From: the human T2T-CHM13v2.0 reference genome, Homo sapiens
Length of the DNA: 64,000 nt
Assembly (NCBI RefSeq): GCF_009914755.1
Contig: NC_060931.1
Strand: one strand, 5' to 3'
Each line of letters starts with the position of its first letter. Within the stretch, counting starts at the first letter, position 1. A program made the position numbers and the translations under genes. Shown here piece by piece: positions 30,851-49,739 of the stretch. Under the pieces are notes generated by a model. That model made no database searches, was not told the origin of the DNA, and worked only from the letters and a program-made list of their open reading frames with translations.

Positions 30851-31260
30851 TCAGAGAGCATTGGTATGGTGAAGGTCATTCATAACTCCAAGTTCTGACA
30901 AAAGGTGATATCTGGAAGATTCATAAGTGTCCAATTTAAGAAAGCATTGAGTAAACTTGTCTTGCATTCCTACACAAAGAGTACAACCACAATATATTCC
31001 ACAACAGCAAAGTAAAATAAGTAAAATCATTCCAAGTAAACTAAACAGGAAGGCTCTCCAAGAGCCGGGCAGTTGTTGGAACCAAGCCGATATAGGGTCG
31101 ACTGACAGTGCATCAATGGCAGAGATATGAGTGTCTAAAGCTTTCATATCCCAGATAATATTATGTGAATAGTCTGAAACATACACTCATTTGGTTTTGA
31201 TCAGAGCACAAGTTCCCCCTTGGGCCGCTGTTAAAATCTCCACATACCCAACGGTTTGTC
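30851..31260 (-). pseudogene. env: ERV1 env TM remnant
   Basis: Minus strand reads ILTAAQGGTCALIKTK*VYVSD (broken immunosuppressive/CX6CC region), then hydrophobic anchor FLFSLLGMILLILLCCC. Confidence 0.8.
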
Positions 31261-31399
31261 TGATTAGGTAGAGAGGCTAAAGTCTATGCCCACTCGGTAA
31301 ATAAGTTACTCTCTGCATGATTCCAACCTATACCCAAAAGTAGAATGCCCATCTATATCTTTATGTTATCCATCCCTTTCATTTCTTCTGAACAGGAGT

Positions 31400-32710
31400 C
31401 AGAGGTCACCGATTGTCTCACAGGAATAAACGAGATCACTTGGGTTCCCTAGGCCTGTGGGACTTCCTAAGAGACAGGTTTAATTCAAGATAAGTGGACC
31501 CAGCTGTTTTTTCTCAGCAGTTTAACTGCAGTTGGGGTACTAAGGAGAACTTAAGAGGGTCCCTTCCATTTTGGGGAAAGTTAATCTGCTAGGGATCCTT
31601 CCTTCCAAGTTCTTAATAGGACCCAGTCTCCCGGCTGGGTTGTAACAAGATTCTCTTCCTTAGTGGGGGAAGGGAGTCTTCGGTTTCCATAATCAAGGAG
31701 TGTGCTTTGCACTTGTCCTAAGTCGATCACATAATTCTGTAGCTTGAAAGTATCTACGTCTATTAGGAGGTGTGTAGTTAAGAAAGGCCTTCCATACATT
31801 ATTTCAAAAGGACTGAGCTGCAGACTTCCCTTAGGGGCCACTTGAACCCATAATAAGGCTACAGGTAATAAAGACAGCCAGGTTTCTGACGTCGTAGTTT
31901 AGCAAGAGTCCTTTTTAGAGTTTGATTAGTTCTTTCTACTTTCCCGGAAGACTGTGGCCTCCATGCGAATGAGGGCGGTACTGAATTCCTAGGGCTGAAG
32001 ATGTGTTTGGGGTAATTGTCACTGTGAAATATGGGCCATTATTGCTCTGTAAGCTCTTAGGCAGCCAAAATCTAGAAATTATTTCCTTTAGTAGGAGTTT
32101 AGAAACCTCAATTGCCTTTTCAGACCAGGTAGGAAAAGCCTCGATCCAACCAGTAAAGGTGTCAACAAATACTAATAAATAAACACTTTACATGGGGACA
32201 TGTGAGTATAGTCTATTTGCCAATCTTCACCAGGGTACGTTCCCCTATGCTGAACAGGCCTTACTAGAGGAGGAGGTAAAGACTGGTTTTTTGGGTTATT
32301 CTGGGCACACAGTTCACAGGCCTGAGTTAGTTACCTGCTTTACACTTTTAAGTAAGCCTTTCCTATTAAATACCAAGACATTAATTGAAACAGGGAATTT
32401 CTTCCCAAATGAGTAGAGTCATGCAAATGTTTAACTAGTTTCCACTGATTAGCACCTGGTATTAGCAGTTTTTTATTCTGTTTCCCTGGTGCACAAAGCT
32501 ACTTCCATCTGTAAACCATTCTAACTCAGGATTATCTAGAGTATCATCTTTTAAATCCGGACAGCTGGAGTAAACTTTCTCCATAACTTGTATGCAAGAA
32601 TGATCTAGGGTACCTTTGGGTTCAGGCAAATAGGTAGCTTGATTCAAAGTTTGGCTTACTTAAAGAATTATATCAGGATGTTTAGCAACAAAGCCTGATA
32701 TTTATTCAAA
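31400..32710 (-). pseudogene. pol: ERV1 pol remnant (RNase H start plus integrase), with frameshifts and stops
   Basis: ORFs with WFTDGSSFV (RNase H) and LSPFEIMYGRP...QPGDWVLLRTW (integrase C-terminus). Confidence 0.9.
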
Positions 32711-33401
32711 GGAAAGGAGAAGGAGCAATTTCTTGTCTGCTTTATGATTTCCAAAAGATACTAGTATTTTCAGCTGAGTTAACAAACCCCTTCCCAACAA
32801 GGGGTGCGGCATTCAGGAGAAAACCACAGTCCCTGAAGAGGAGCTTACAGGATAGGTAAATGTCATCTATGAGCTTGTCCATCTATCCCCATGACTATAC
32901 AGTTTTGGGGTGACAGAGTCCCATTATAATGGGTCAAAACAGAGTACGCATTCTAGAAGGAAGTTAATATTCTTACCTGCCACATCAAGAGTTACCGAGG
33001 CTCCTCCAGAGATATGGCTAGCTGTCCAACAGAAGCTGTGGCAGAAGGTCTGAGGCCCCATCACTCTTGGGCTTGCCTGGCTATTTCTGCCATCATTGGT
33101 TCAGGTGCTGATGGCTCCCTTCAGAACACTGGGCAATCCTTCTTCCAGTGGCCAGTTTTCTTACAGTGTGCACACTGATTCATGCCTAAGGCACAGTGAC
33201 TTGGACATCCAGCTTTGGGTTTCCTACCTTTCAGCTTCCCTTGTTCAGTCCAAGAGCCAGGAGGGCAACTCCATGTGGGAGGTGAGCTTAAGGCTGCAAC
33301 CAAGAGCTGCACCTTGTGGGAGGTCCTTCTTGCTCTTTCTGCTTCCTCTACTTTGTCCTTGTTATTAGAAATTTAAAATGCCATATCCAAAAGCTGTTCT
33401 A

Positions 33402-33700
<299 letters not shown>

Positions 33701-34133
33701 AAACCTGTTCAATAGGAGTTTGGGGACCCATAGCTGCTTTTTGCAGTTTCCTGTGGATATCAGGGGCAAACTGGAATATAAAGTGTACTCCCAAAGGGTT
33801 TGTCCTTCCCTTGAGGCAGGATCAGTGTTAGTATATTTCCTGATTGCCTCAACTAAACCCCCTTGAAACAAAGCTAGATTCTCGTCTTTGCCCTGTGAAA
33901 CTTCCTTAACCTTTTCATAGTTAACAGGCTTTTTCATACATTTCTTTATCCCTTCCAACAAACAAGAGACCATATTATCTCTACTCCCCAAGTCGTCACT
34001 GCACCTTTGATAGTTCCACCCTGGATCTTGATCTGGAACTGCTATACCTCCTGCCTGATATATATTATGGTTAGGGTTACGAGCCAATACCTCATCTGCA
34101 TGGGTCCTAGCTGTCCCCAAAATGTGTTGTTTT

Positions 34134-34484
<351 letters not shown>

Positions 34485-34856
34485 TTAAACTACAGGTGAG
34501 AGTTAATTTCTCAAACTCATCTATGAATTTTCCTGGATCTTCAGAGAAATGACCAAACTTATCTTTACATAGAGCCAAATCAGACATAGAAAAGGAAACA
34601 TACTCTCACAGTGCTCTGGTTCAAATGCCTCTGACACCAGGGCTTCAGAAGGTCACTGGGTGTCTTACTCAACAGTGCATGAGCAGCAGGTTCTGGAGTT
34701 ACAGCATGGGAGTAGCTCTGTGGAACCCTTTAGCCCCAAGGGGGCGCACTGAGTTTGGTGTTTGCCAAGAGGAAAATAATAGCTAGAAGAACAGACACCT
34801 GGACATGTTTCAGCACCCCTGGGGCTTTTTGGAAATACTTGGGAAGGAAAACTCAG

Positions 34857-34897
<41 letters not shown>
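34857..34897 (+). repeat. A41 homopolymer
   Basis: Direct count. Confidence 0.95.
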
Positions 34898-34899
<2 letters not shown>

Positions 34900-35319
34900 C
34901 GGACTTCCTGCAGTCAAGCATGCACGCTAAATTGGATAGTAAAAGGACCTGTGACTGGTAAGGGTCATATAAGGACATGTTTTTTCCAGGTCACTCTGAA
35001 TACTTCTTTGCCTCCACTGGATCTGTTTCTTCCTTGGGCTCTGATTTCATAATCTGCTTTTGCTCATTTGTTTTATTTTCCTTGGAGACCTCATCCTGCA
35101 TCTTCAATGACTTACTGGACATTTTTATATGTACATTATCTCCAACTCAGTTTGTCTGAAATCTACCTCAACCAAAAATCCTTACAAGTCAATAAGAAAA
35201 AAAAATCCAAAAGAAAAATGAACAAAAATATAAACAGGCAATTCACAGAAGAAAAAATACAAATAGTCAATAAATGTATGAAAACATGCCTAATCTCATT
35301 AAGAATTTTAAAAATAACA

Positions 35320-35556
35320 AGGAGGTGGGAGGATTGCTTGAGACCAGGAGTTCGAGACCAGCCTGGGCAATATAGTGAGACCCTGTCTCTACAAAAACAA
35401 CAAAAAAAGAAAAATTAGCTGGGCATGGCAGTGCACACCTCTAGTCCTAGCTACTCAGGAGGCTGAGGCAGGAGGATTGCTCGAGCCCAGAAGATAGTTA
35501 GCTATAATTGTGGCACTGTACTCCTGGTGACATAGTGAGACACTGTCTCAAAAATA
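35320..35556 (+). mobile_element. 5'-truncated AluJ-like
   Basis: Starts at gaggtgggaggattgcttgag. Confidence 0.85.
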
Positions 35557-35670
35557 ATAACACTGAAAAGTCTTTTTTTTTTGTATGTCATATTGATAAA
35601 GATTTCCAAAACCTAGGATTCCATTGTCATTTTATATATATATATAAAGCTCCTTTTAAAAAGTGATCCC

Positions 35671-36006
<336 letters not shown>

Positions 36007-36104
36007 TTAAATCTGTTAAATCTTTAGGTGCTTTTAAAAGTACTAAGGCAGTTCAAATAACATTTATTGCTCAAATGTACAAAAGCCTCCATGGCCTCAT
36101 AGTT

Positions 36105-37440
<1,336 letters not shown>

Positions 37441-38105
37441 TCAGCACCAAGCTCAGAGGGGCATGTGAAGGTAAAGGGAGACTATATAGAGAAAATACGT
37501 AACACAGTGATTGGCGCACAGTAAGTGCTCACTAAATGGTAGTTTTTGTCTATTTTACTGAAGGAAAACATGGCTTAAATACTTAAAACTAATTATCAGC
37601 TTAAATCCCTCATTTTCTTACTTTATATGATTGTGAGCCTTGCGGGCAGGAATTGGGGATCAAGGCAATTTTCTGGGGCTCTTTCCATATGTGAACATTC
37701 ACAGCCATGGGTAATTCTCTTTTGTTGGCAATGATAAAATTCTATTTGCTAGACAAAAGCATATACTAAATAATTTCAAAGCATTTTATTTTAAGAGATA
37801 TAATCTAACAGAAATAGTGACAACCATTTAACATTAATCTAAATAAAATTGAAATAAAAAAGCAGACCAAACTTGTGTTTTCCGTTATTGGTTGTTATGA
37901 TGAATGTAAATGAATTATTTCTAGGAGGGAAATCACTCAGTGTCAATTGTATTTATCAAGAAACATTCACTCCTATTCAAGTTATTCTTTTATGTCACAT
38001 CAAACTCCTATTATCTTTTATCACAGTCATTTTCTGACAGTTATATGTGATAAAGCTATGGTAGCTGGTGAAATAGATAAAACAAAACAAAAAGGTAGTA
38101 AAATG

Positions 38106-38629
<524 letters not shown>

Positions 38630-39799
38630 CTACCAGGCAGGGTACCCAAGTATAAAAGCCACCCGTAGACGTGAGAAGCAAGAGTCAGAAGGGAGAAAAT
38701 ACCATTTTATGAACAGCTAGAGAAGCACTCACAGCCCCTCAAGGCAGAACTCTGGCAGAGCCAGAGTGGAGAATGCAACTCGGCAGACAGCCTCCCACCC
38801 TGGCCAGCACCCCCTAAATCAGAAATGGCCGTGTCAGAGGGGCAGAGCTCAGCCTGACTTACACATCAAATTGCAGGCTGGAAGAAGCTCAAATAAATAG
38901 ACCTGCCCAACAGATACAAGCCCTGCCTGGGCATTTTTCAACTTCATAGAATTAGATAATGAGTGATGAGTGTGGGTGCCGTTCTTTAAATGCATAGTGA
39001 CTCTACCCACTAGTAAAATGGTACCCAATGACTATTAGGCTCTGACCAATTAGATTAGCAGCTACTCCTTCCTTGGGGCAGAGCTATTTCGAGAGGTAAA
39101 AGGAGTGGATGTCTGGGAAAGAAGCAAAATGTTTTGGCTGGTTAAGTGAGAGTAGGCAGACATGCTCCTCTTTCCCCCCATCCACGTTCCCCATCCCCTC
39201 CCCCATAAGGAGCACCTTTTGACATGAGCAGAAATATTGAAGCTGTGACACTTGGTGGAGAAAAGAGTAGTTAGTGTCCCAGTGGACTAAAAATTAGAAC
39301 CTGAAATTTAATCATGCTTCAACCACATGCAAAGTGACTTTGGAAAAATGGCTTAGCCTTTCTATGATTATATTCCCATCCTTAAAAGAGAAACACATGT
39401 AAAATATCATAAGAAATAATAAATATGCAAATATCCTATGAAAAATAAAATAATATAAAATATAAGGAAGATTGTTTCTGATGGAGCAGATATATAATAC
39501 GTAGGAGAAAATGTTAATTTCTGATCTGAGAAAAAAGAAGAGACAAGAAATAAGCAACTACTGGACCATGCAGTTTGAGACTGATAAAACTGGGATATTC
39601 CCAAGTACAAATTTTTAAAAAGGAAATAACTGGGAAATAATTTAGATTCTGGACTATAAACAATGTCAGAATCATAAGCTTAAAGTGACATAAGGATGGT
39701 GATGTTCGTTTTTAGAGTGGTAACACTTTGAATATTCCTAGTTTCCATGTTTATTGCCCTTTTTTTTTTGCTAATCATTCATTTGTTTTGGTTTTTGTA

Positions 39800-41010
39800 T
39801 ATAAATTAAATTTAATATAGATAAACTTAATATTATATAATTAGATGATTAGATATGCAAAATGCATAATAACCATGTACCTAGCATCTTGCTTAAGAAA
39901 AACAAAACAAAAATAAAACACACATTACCCAAAGTGTCGAAGCTTCAAGTGAACTCAACCTAAAATTCACCCATCTCCCTTCCTCACGTAGCTAACCATT
40001 ATACTAATTTGGTGTTTATCATTCACATACTTTTTAAAAAATAATACTTTTACTACCGATGTGTCAATTTCTAAACAATACATTGGTTTACTATTTCTTA
40101 CACTTCAACACCATTTTAATGGCTTCATAATGGTGCATCTTTATGCATCTTACTTTCTTTCCTCTATATTATGTTACTGAATCTATGTTTATTCCTATGG
40201 CTCTAACTCATTTTTTACTGCAATATAATTATGGTACAGTGTGCCTTCTTTATTATTTTCCTATAAGTGGACATTTAGATTGTTTACAACCAAAAAATAC
40301 TGCCATGAATGTGCTATTCCCATATATCTCTCCTTGTAGATATGCCCAGTCTAGGTGTGAAGTTGCTTAGGGAGTATGCATTGTCAGCTTTACTAGATTT
40401 CGTCAAATTGTTGTCCAAAGTGACTGTGCCAAATTATAATATTGCCAGCAATGGATAAATGCTAAATATCCTTAGTAATATTTGGTATTGTATCCCTGTA
40501 GAATTTTGGTCAATCAGATGGATGGATGGATGCCAAAACCTATCTCATTTTGTTTTTTTATATTTATTTTGAGTTGAGGTCTCGCTCCGTTGCCCAGGCT
40601 GGAGTGCAGTGGTGCAATCTTGGCTCACTGCAACCTCTGCTCCCAGGTTCAAGTGATTCTTGTGCCTCAGCCTCCCGAGTAGCTGGAATTACAGTCAACC
40701 ACCACCACACTCAGCTAAATTTTTTTTGTATTTCTCGTAGAGACAGAGTTTTACCATGTTGACCGGGCTGGTCTCGAACTCCAGACCTCAAGTGATCTGC
40801 CCAACTCAGCCTATCTCATTTTGGATTTAACATGCACTTCTTAGGTTACTAGTGATGTTGAACACATTTTTATATGTTTATTGGTCATTCCAATTTCCTT
40901 TTGAGTACATTTTCTAATTATTTATTTTGTCCTTTTTTAAAGATGTTTTTCTTATGGACTTGTAAGCATTTTTTTATATCCTAGATACTAATTCATTCTC
41001 AATCACATGT
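39800..41010 (-). mobile_element. L1ME-like fragment with 5'-truncated antisense Alu at ~40550-40811
   Basis: Degenerate antisense-L1 phrases; Alu TSD cctatctcatttt. Confidence 0.65.
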
Positions 41011-41166
41011 GCTTCTGGGATCGCAAGACTTTATCAGGACATGATGCATTATATTGTCAAGATGTGGTCCAATATGCCAGGATGTATAAAATATGAAACT
41101 TCAAACATAGACAAACTCACTGTTGGTAGTACTGTTATAAAAACATAGTAATTCTGATAAATTCTA

Positions 41167-44240
<3,074 letters not shown>

Positions 44241-44761
44241 AATCACTTAAAACAATAATTCTTTTACTCTGCCAAAGGGTTCTATGTGTGTGTTGGGTTG
44301 CACCTTTAATGCTCCAGCAGGCAGCTTATAATTCTGCCTTACCTGTCACTTGTTGCTTGCATAGAGCCACAAAAGTCAACCAGAGGTAAGAGTTTCAGGC
44401 CTTCTCAGGTTTCTCCTGGCCTTCTAGATTCCCAAATATATGTCATAGTTTTCAAAGCCAACTATGGACATCTCATTACCTAATGTGGTGATTAATTTAA
44501 GGTGTCAATTTGACTAGGTTAAAGATACCCAGTAACTGGTAAAACATTATTTCTAGGAATACTGTGAGGATGTTTCCAGAAGACATTAAGCATTTGAATC
44601 AGTAGATTGAGTAAAGAAGACCCGCGGTCACCAATGTAGGCAGGTCATTCAAACCATTGATGACAGATAGAACAAAGAAGCAGAAAAAGTTTGAATTTGC
44701 TCTCTCTGAGCTGAAACAGCCATCTTTTCGTACCCTCAGACATCAGAACTCCAGATTCTCA

Positions 44762-45082
<321 letters not shown>

Positions 45083-45330
45083 TCAGACTTACATAAGCAG
45101 TCCCTCCAGTTTTTCAGGCCTTCAGCCTAGGACTGAGAGTTAAACCATCTGCTCCCCTGGTTCTTAGGCTTTTGTACTCAGATAATTGCACCAACAGCTT
45201 CCCTGGTTTTGCAGTTTGCAGACAACCCATCTTGGGACATCTTAGCCTCCATAATTGTATGAGCCAATTCCCATAACAAATCTGTGTATATTTATGTATG
45301 TATGTATGCATGCATTTATGTATGTATATG

Positions 45331-46954
45331 TGATAGCAGCAGCAGACCATCTGGAGTGGCCACACTGTGAAGACACAGGCTGCAGTGGGGGAAGTGCAGC
45401 TGGGGCTGTGCACTCCCCAGAGCTAGCAGGGGCCAGGAATAGGTGGGAGCTCCTTGCCTTACCAAGTTGGTAGGCTAGGAGCACCATGCTCTGGGGCACA
45501 GCTGTAGCCACCCAGCCACAACTCCAGACCTGGGCATCCCTGTGCTCTCAGGGACTGGGAAGCTCCCCTGCTCCCGCAGGCTTGGAAGTGCCTGCTCCTG
45601 CTCTGTGGCCTCTCCCTGCTCCCAGCACCTGCTCTGGGGCAGAGCAAAGTTGTGGTTGAGCCTGGGCATTGTCATAACCTGGCCAGCTGTACATGGGCTC
45701 AGGGTGGTGCTGACACAACAGCCCCCAGCCACCTCAGCCCCCTCCAGACTTTGGGCGCCAAAGAGCATGGGAGGGAGATGGGAGGGGCAGTGACTGAGGG
45801 CAGCTTGGCATGGGCCTGCAGACACCCCTCAGTGTGGACAGCCAAGGTGCCATGGATGACATGTTGATGAGGGCAGGAGGCAGACAGGTTCCTGGATGGG
45901 AAGGGGCAGGTCCCCAGTAAAGCCCCTCCTTCGAGCCAAGAATGGCCTGAAGCCTGGGGGCCAGGCTGCCAGTTCTGGGTAGAGTCTGTGGCCCAGAGTG
46001 AGAACTTACGGTGCTTTTCCTGGGCCCACCCATGGCTGCCCATGGACCAATGAGCACACACTTCCTCCTTTCTGAAGCCCATAAAAACCCCAGACTCACA
46101 CAGATTTCAAGACTACAAGCTGTGGGAAGGAGCTATCCAATTCGAGTCTCCTTGACTCATCAGGATGACCTGCCTGCAGAAAAGAGCTACCCACTATGGG
46201 TCTCCTCTCCACTGAGAGCTGGACACTCATCAGGATGACCTACCTGCAGAAAGGAGCTACCCACTTCAGGTCTCCTGAGAGCTGTTCTGTCACTCAATGA
46301 AGCTCCTCTCCACCTTGCTTGCCCTCTCCACCTTGCTTGCTTACCTCATTCTTCCTGGATTCAGGATAAGAGCTCAAGACCCAACAAATGACAGGACTGA
46401 AAGAGCTATAACACAAACAGGCATGAAACACGCCCCCCTGCTTGCCATGTTATGGACAACAAGAAGGAGAGAAGAGCTGTGGCCCTTCGGGAAGCCCAGA
46501 CCTAGGGACTCCCCAGCCAGGGCTGTGACACCCTCTTTAGGGCTGTGTGGTTCCTGGCATCTCCAAGCTTCCGGGTGCCACTGTGTTCCCTTCATCCAGA
46601 TGTGGGTGTCTGCAACAGAATCTGCACACAGAACATTTGGACCAGCCACAGCCTCGCACGGAGCCAGCACCTGTGCTGGCGCCTGGAGCTGCCTGCCTTG
46701 CCACAGTAGCCAGCCTGCCTGGCTGTGCACAGTGGCCGGACCCCACGCTCACTGGCCCACACACTCCTCACCATTCTGAACCTGGTTTGCTGTTGGCAGG
46801 TGTGGGATCCGGGCCGGTAGCCTGAGCTGAGCACAGCTTGCCAGGCCGAGTGGGCAAAACAAGTCCAGCAGGTGCAAGCAATATTCAGGCAGAAGGTACC
46901 ACTAGCCACAGAGGTTTCTGGCTGGTGAAGCAACACCCTAAGGATCCTGTGACA
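45331..46954 (+). mobile_element. MER52-type ERV1 solo LTR (~1.6 kb)
   Basis: TGATAGC...GATCCTGTGACA ends, 4-bp TSD TATG, GC-rich body, cccataaaaacc TATA-like box at ~46078. Confidence 0.85.
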
Positions 46955-46985
46955 TATGTATGTATACATGTGTGTATGTATGTAT

Positions 46986-46986
46986 C

Positions 46987-47043
<57 letters not shown>
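46986..47043. repeat. (ATCT)n tetranucleotide STR
   Basis: Direct reading. Confidence 0.95.
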
Positions 47044-47045
<2 letters not shown>

Positions 47046-47680
47046 CATCCATCCATTCATCTTATTGGTTCTGTTTCTCTGGAGAATCCTGACTAATATA
47101 CTCAGTTTTTCCATTTAAGTGTTTAGGTCAGCATTTTGAAAGCCCTAAATGGCAATACTGCCTTAGGCAGCTACAATATTAAACAACTGCTGCTTATTGT
47201 CTTTGTCAAATTCCCTGCTGGCGGAGCTGTTTGCACAAAGTGAGCTCTGATTCATGTCAAATAAATACAAGCCCTGAGAACGGAGCTTTTCAGTAAGGTG
47301 CCAGACAGGCTGAACACTAAAAACACCCTAGGGATGAGGCTTTTGAGGACCTCTTAACCTGTTCTGACTTCTCCAATGACAGTGGGCTGGTGGGTTTCAC
47401 AGCTACCATAGTTGTGAAGCTGTTGGTTTTTAAGGCTACTATAAAGCTAGAGAGAGTGAGAAGGGATTAGGAAGAGTTAAAACACCTCAAGTCTCATTGT
47501 TATGAGATTCAGCCATTTGTCTTAAATAACTACTTCTTGGATTGTTATAAGCTTTTAGTTAGTTTCCAGAGATCTGAAAAAGTTAATTTTGACAATTTCC
47601 CAGTGTTCCTGTTGCTTTTATGGAGGAGTAGATTTTCAGAGGCCCTTATTTTACCTTTCTGGGAGTTGAGGTCACACTTA

Positions 47681-48076
<396 letters not shown>

Positions 48077-49187
48077 TTAAAATTTTACGTATTTGATGAC
48101 TGAAGAATTTTCCATAGACCAGCTTGTGGCTTAGCTGATGAAACCTGTTTAAAACTTGCTTCTCCTCCACTACTTAAATACTTTCAGTGCTGGTTACTGT
48201 AAGACATATTAGGAGATCTCAGGCCCTGCATCTTTGGCATCACAAGATAGGGTTGGCACAGTGGGACTAGGGACTATTCCTGAATGCCATTCTTACATTA
48301 CAAGGGCTGGAAATAGCTTAACTGTATGGAAGTAACTGTGATCTACAAATATATATCCTGCTAGATGCCAAAAAATATATCCTCAGTTCAATTTGTGATT
48401 TGTTCCCAAAGATATATATGGCAATTTCAACACCACCAGATAGTTAAAAAAAAAAAAAAAAAAAAGTATGATAGAGGGAAAATCAGGGTGAAATGAGACA
48501 ATAGACTCAAGCTATTGTGGTTAAAATATCTTACTTTTATAAATTTTACAAAGCCAAATTGCTATGTGAACACATTGCTAGGCCCACAGCTTTGAAATCA
48601 GGCTGTTCAAGTTTAGAGACCCTGAATTTTAAGCTTGGATAATCCCCAGACCCCTGCCCACCACCTGGTCTTTTGTCTGATTTCTCTCTGGGTTTCTGCT
48701 TTTTTTTTTTTTTTTTTTTTTTCATTCTGCAGTCTCTGCAGACTGCTGCCTTTCTCTGCTTATCACATACACCGTCCAAATTGGCTGGCTGAGCCCCTTG
48801 TACATACTTCCAGTAGAACTGCTGCACACAAGCTCATCAACATCCATCTGTCCAGTGTCCAAAGAGAACATGATGCTCTTTACTTCAGCTTATTAATTGG
48901 GTCTCTTTGGTTTAGGTGTTCAACCTTAATCCAATAAACTGAGACCAGGTAGAGGTAAAGCCCCACAGAATAGGTACAGCTTTAGGAATCCCTCCTGTGG
49001 GTGAACAGAGGAGTAAGCAACTCACAGAAAATGGGAATTGGCTAAGTTGACACTTCAAGAAGTACTGGACTATAGAAAAGTTCAATAGGTTTAAGTAATA
49101 GGTACAGAAAACCTTCTCTAAACACTTAATATGCAAATATATTTTGGGATTTTTCACCAAGGATATATTTTACATGTCTCCCAAAAT

Positions 49188-49630
49188 TGTCGCAAAGGTT
49201 CTCTACCAATCGCATGAGTCTGGTGAGAGAGACAGAACACTCACACAGGCTAGACAAAGATTTACTATGCACAGATAGATGAGCAGCAGGAATAAATAGA
49301 AGCCTAGGATCCACAGCAAGCCAGTCCTCTAAGGCTCAAGAAAGCTGCTGAGTGTGGAAAGGGTCTTATCTGTGTGTGCTCCACATTCCACTGCAGCTGA
49401 GGGACACTGAAAGCACTGTGCTCTGGGTTTTATACTCTAGGTGGCACTAGGATCACTGAGAACAAGCGCTGCAGTACACCCTGTTCTGGGAGGAACAAGG
49501 ACACAATATGGATTATTCTGGACATCACCTCTCTATCTCAGAAAGTTGCATTCTCGGTTATTCTGAGAACTACAAGTTGCAGGGAGAGCTGGATTGGCCA
49601 AGATCACCCAAGGACCTATCCTCCTGTGGG
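49188..49630 (-). mobile_element. Probable solo LTR, family not identified
   Basis: Minus-strand TATAAAA at 49428-49434, LTR-like U5 and CA end; far boundary uncertain. Confidence 0.5.
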
Positions 49631-49739
49631 TGCATTCCCAGAGAACCAGTTCAGGTTAGGGGAATCATAAGACTAGTTGTATTCCAAGAAACACATTTTG
49701 GGAAATGCTAGATTAAATAGTAACAAAGTTAATACAGGA

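Noticed and set aside
46156-46265. 40-bp direct repeat with a ~30-bp spacer, superficially CRISPR-like
   Set aside because: Only two units, inside the MER52 LTR of a eukaryote, with no cas genes.
45114-46969. Cluster of 70-160 aa ORFs on both strands
   Set aside because: Stop-poor GC-rich MER52 LTR sequence.
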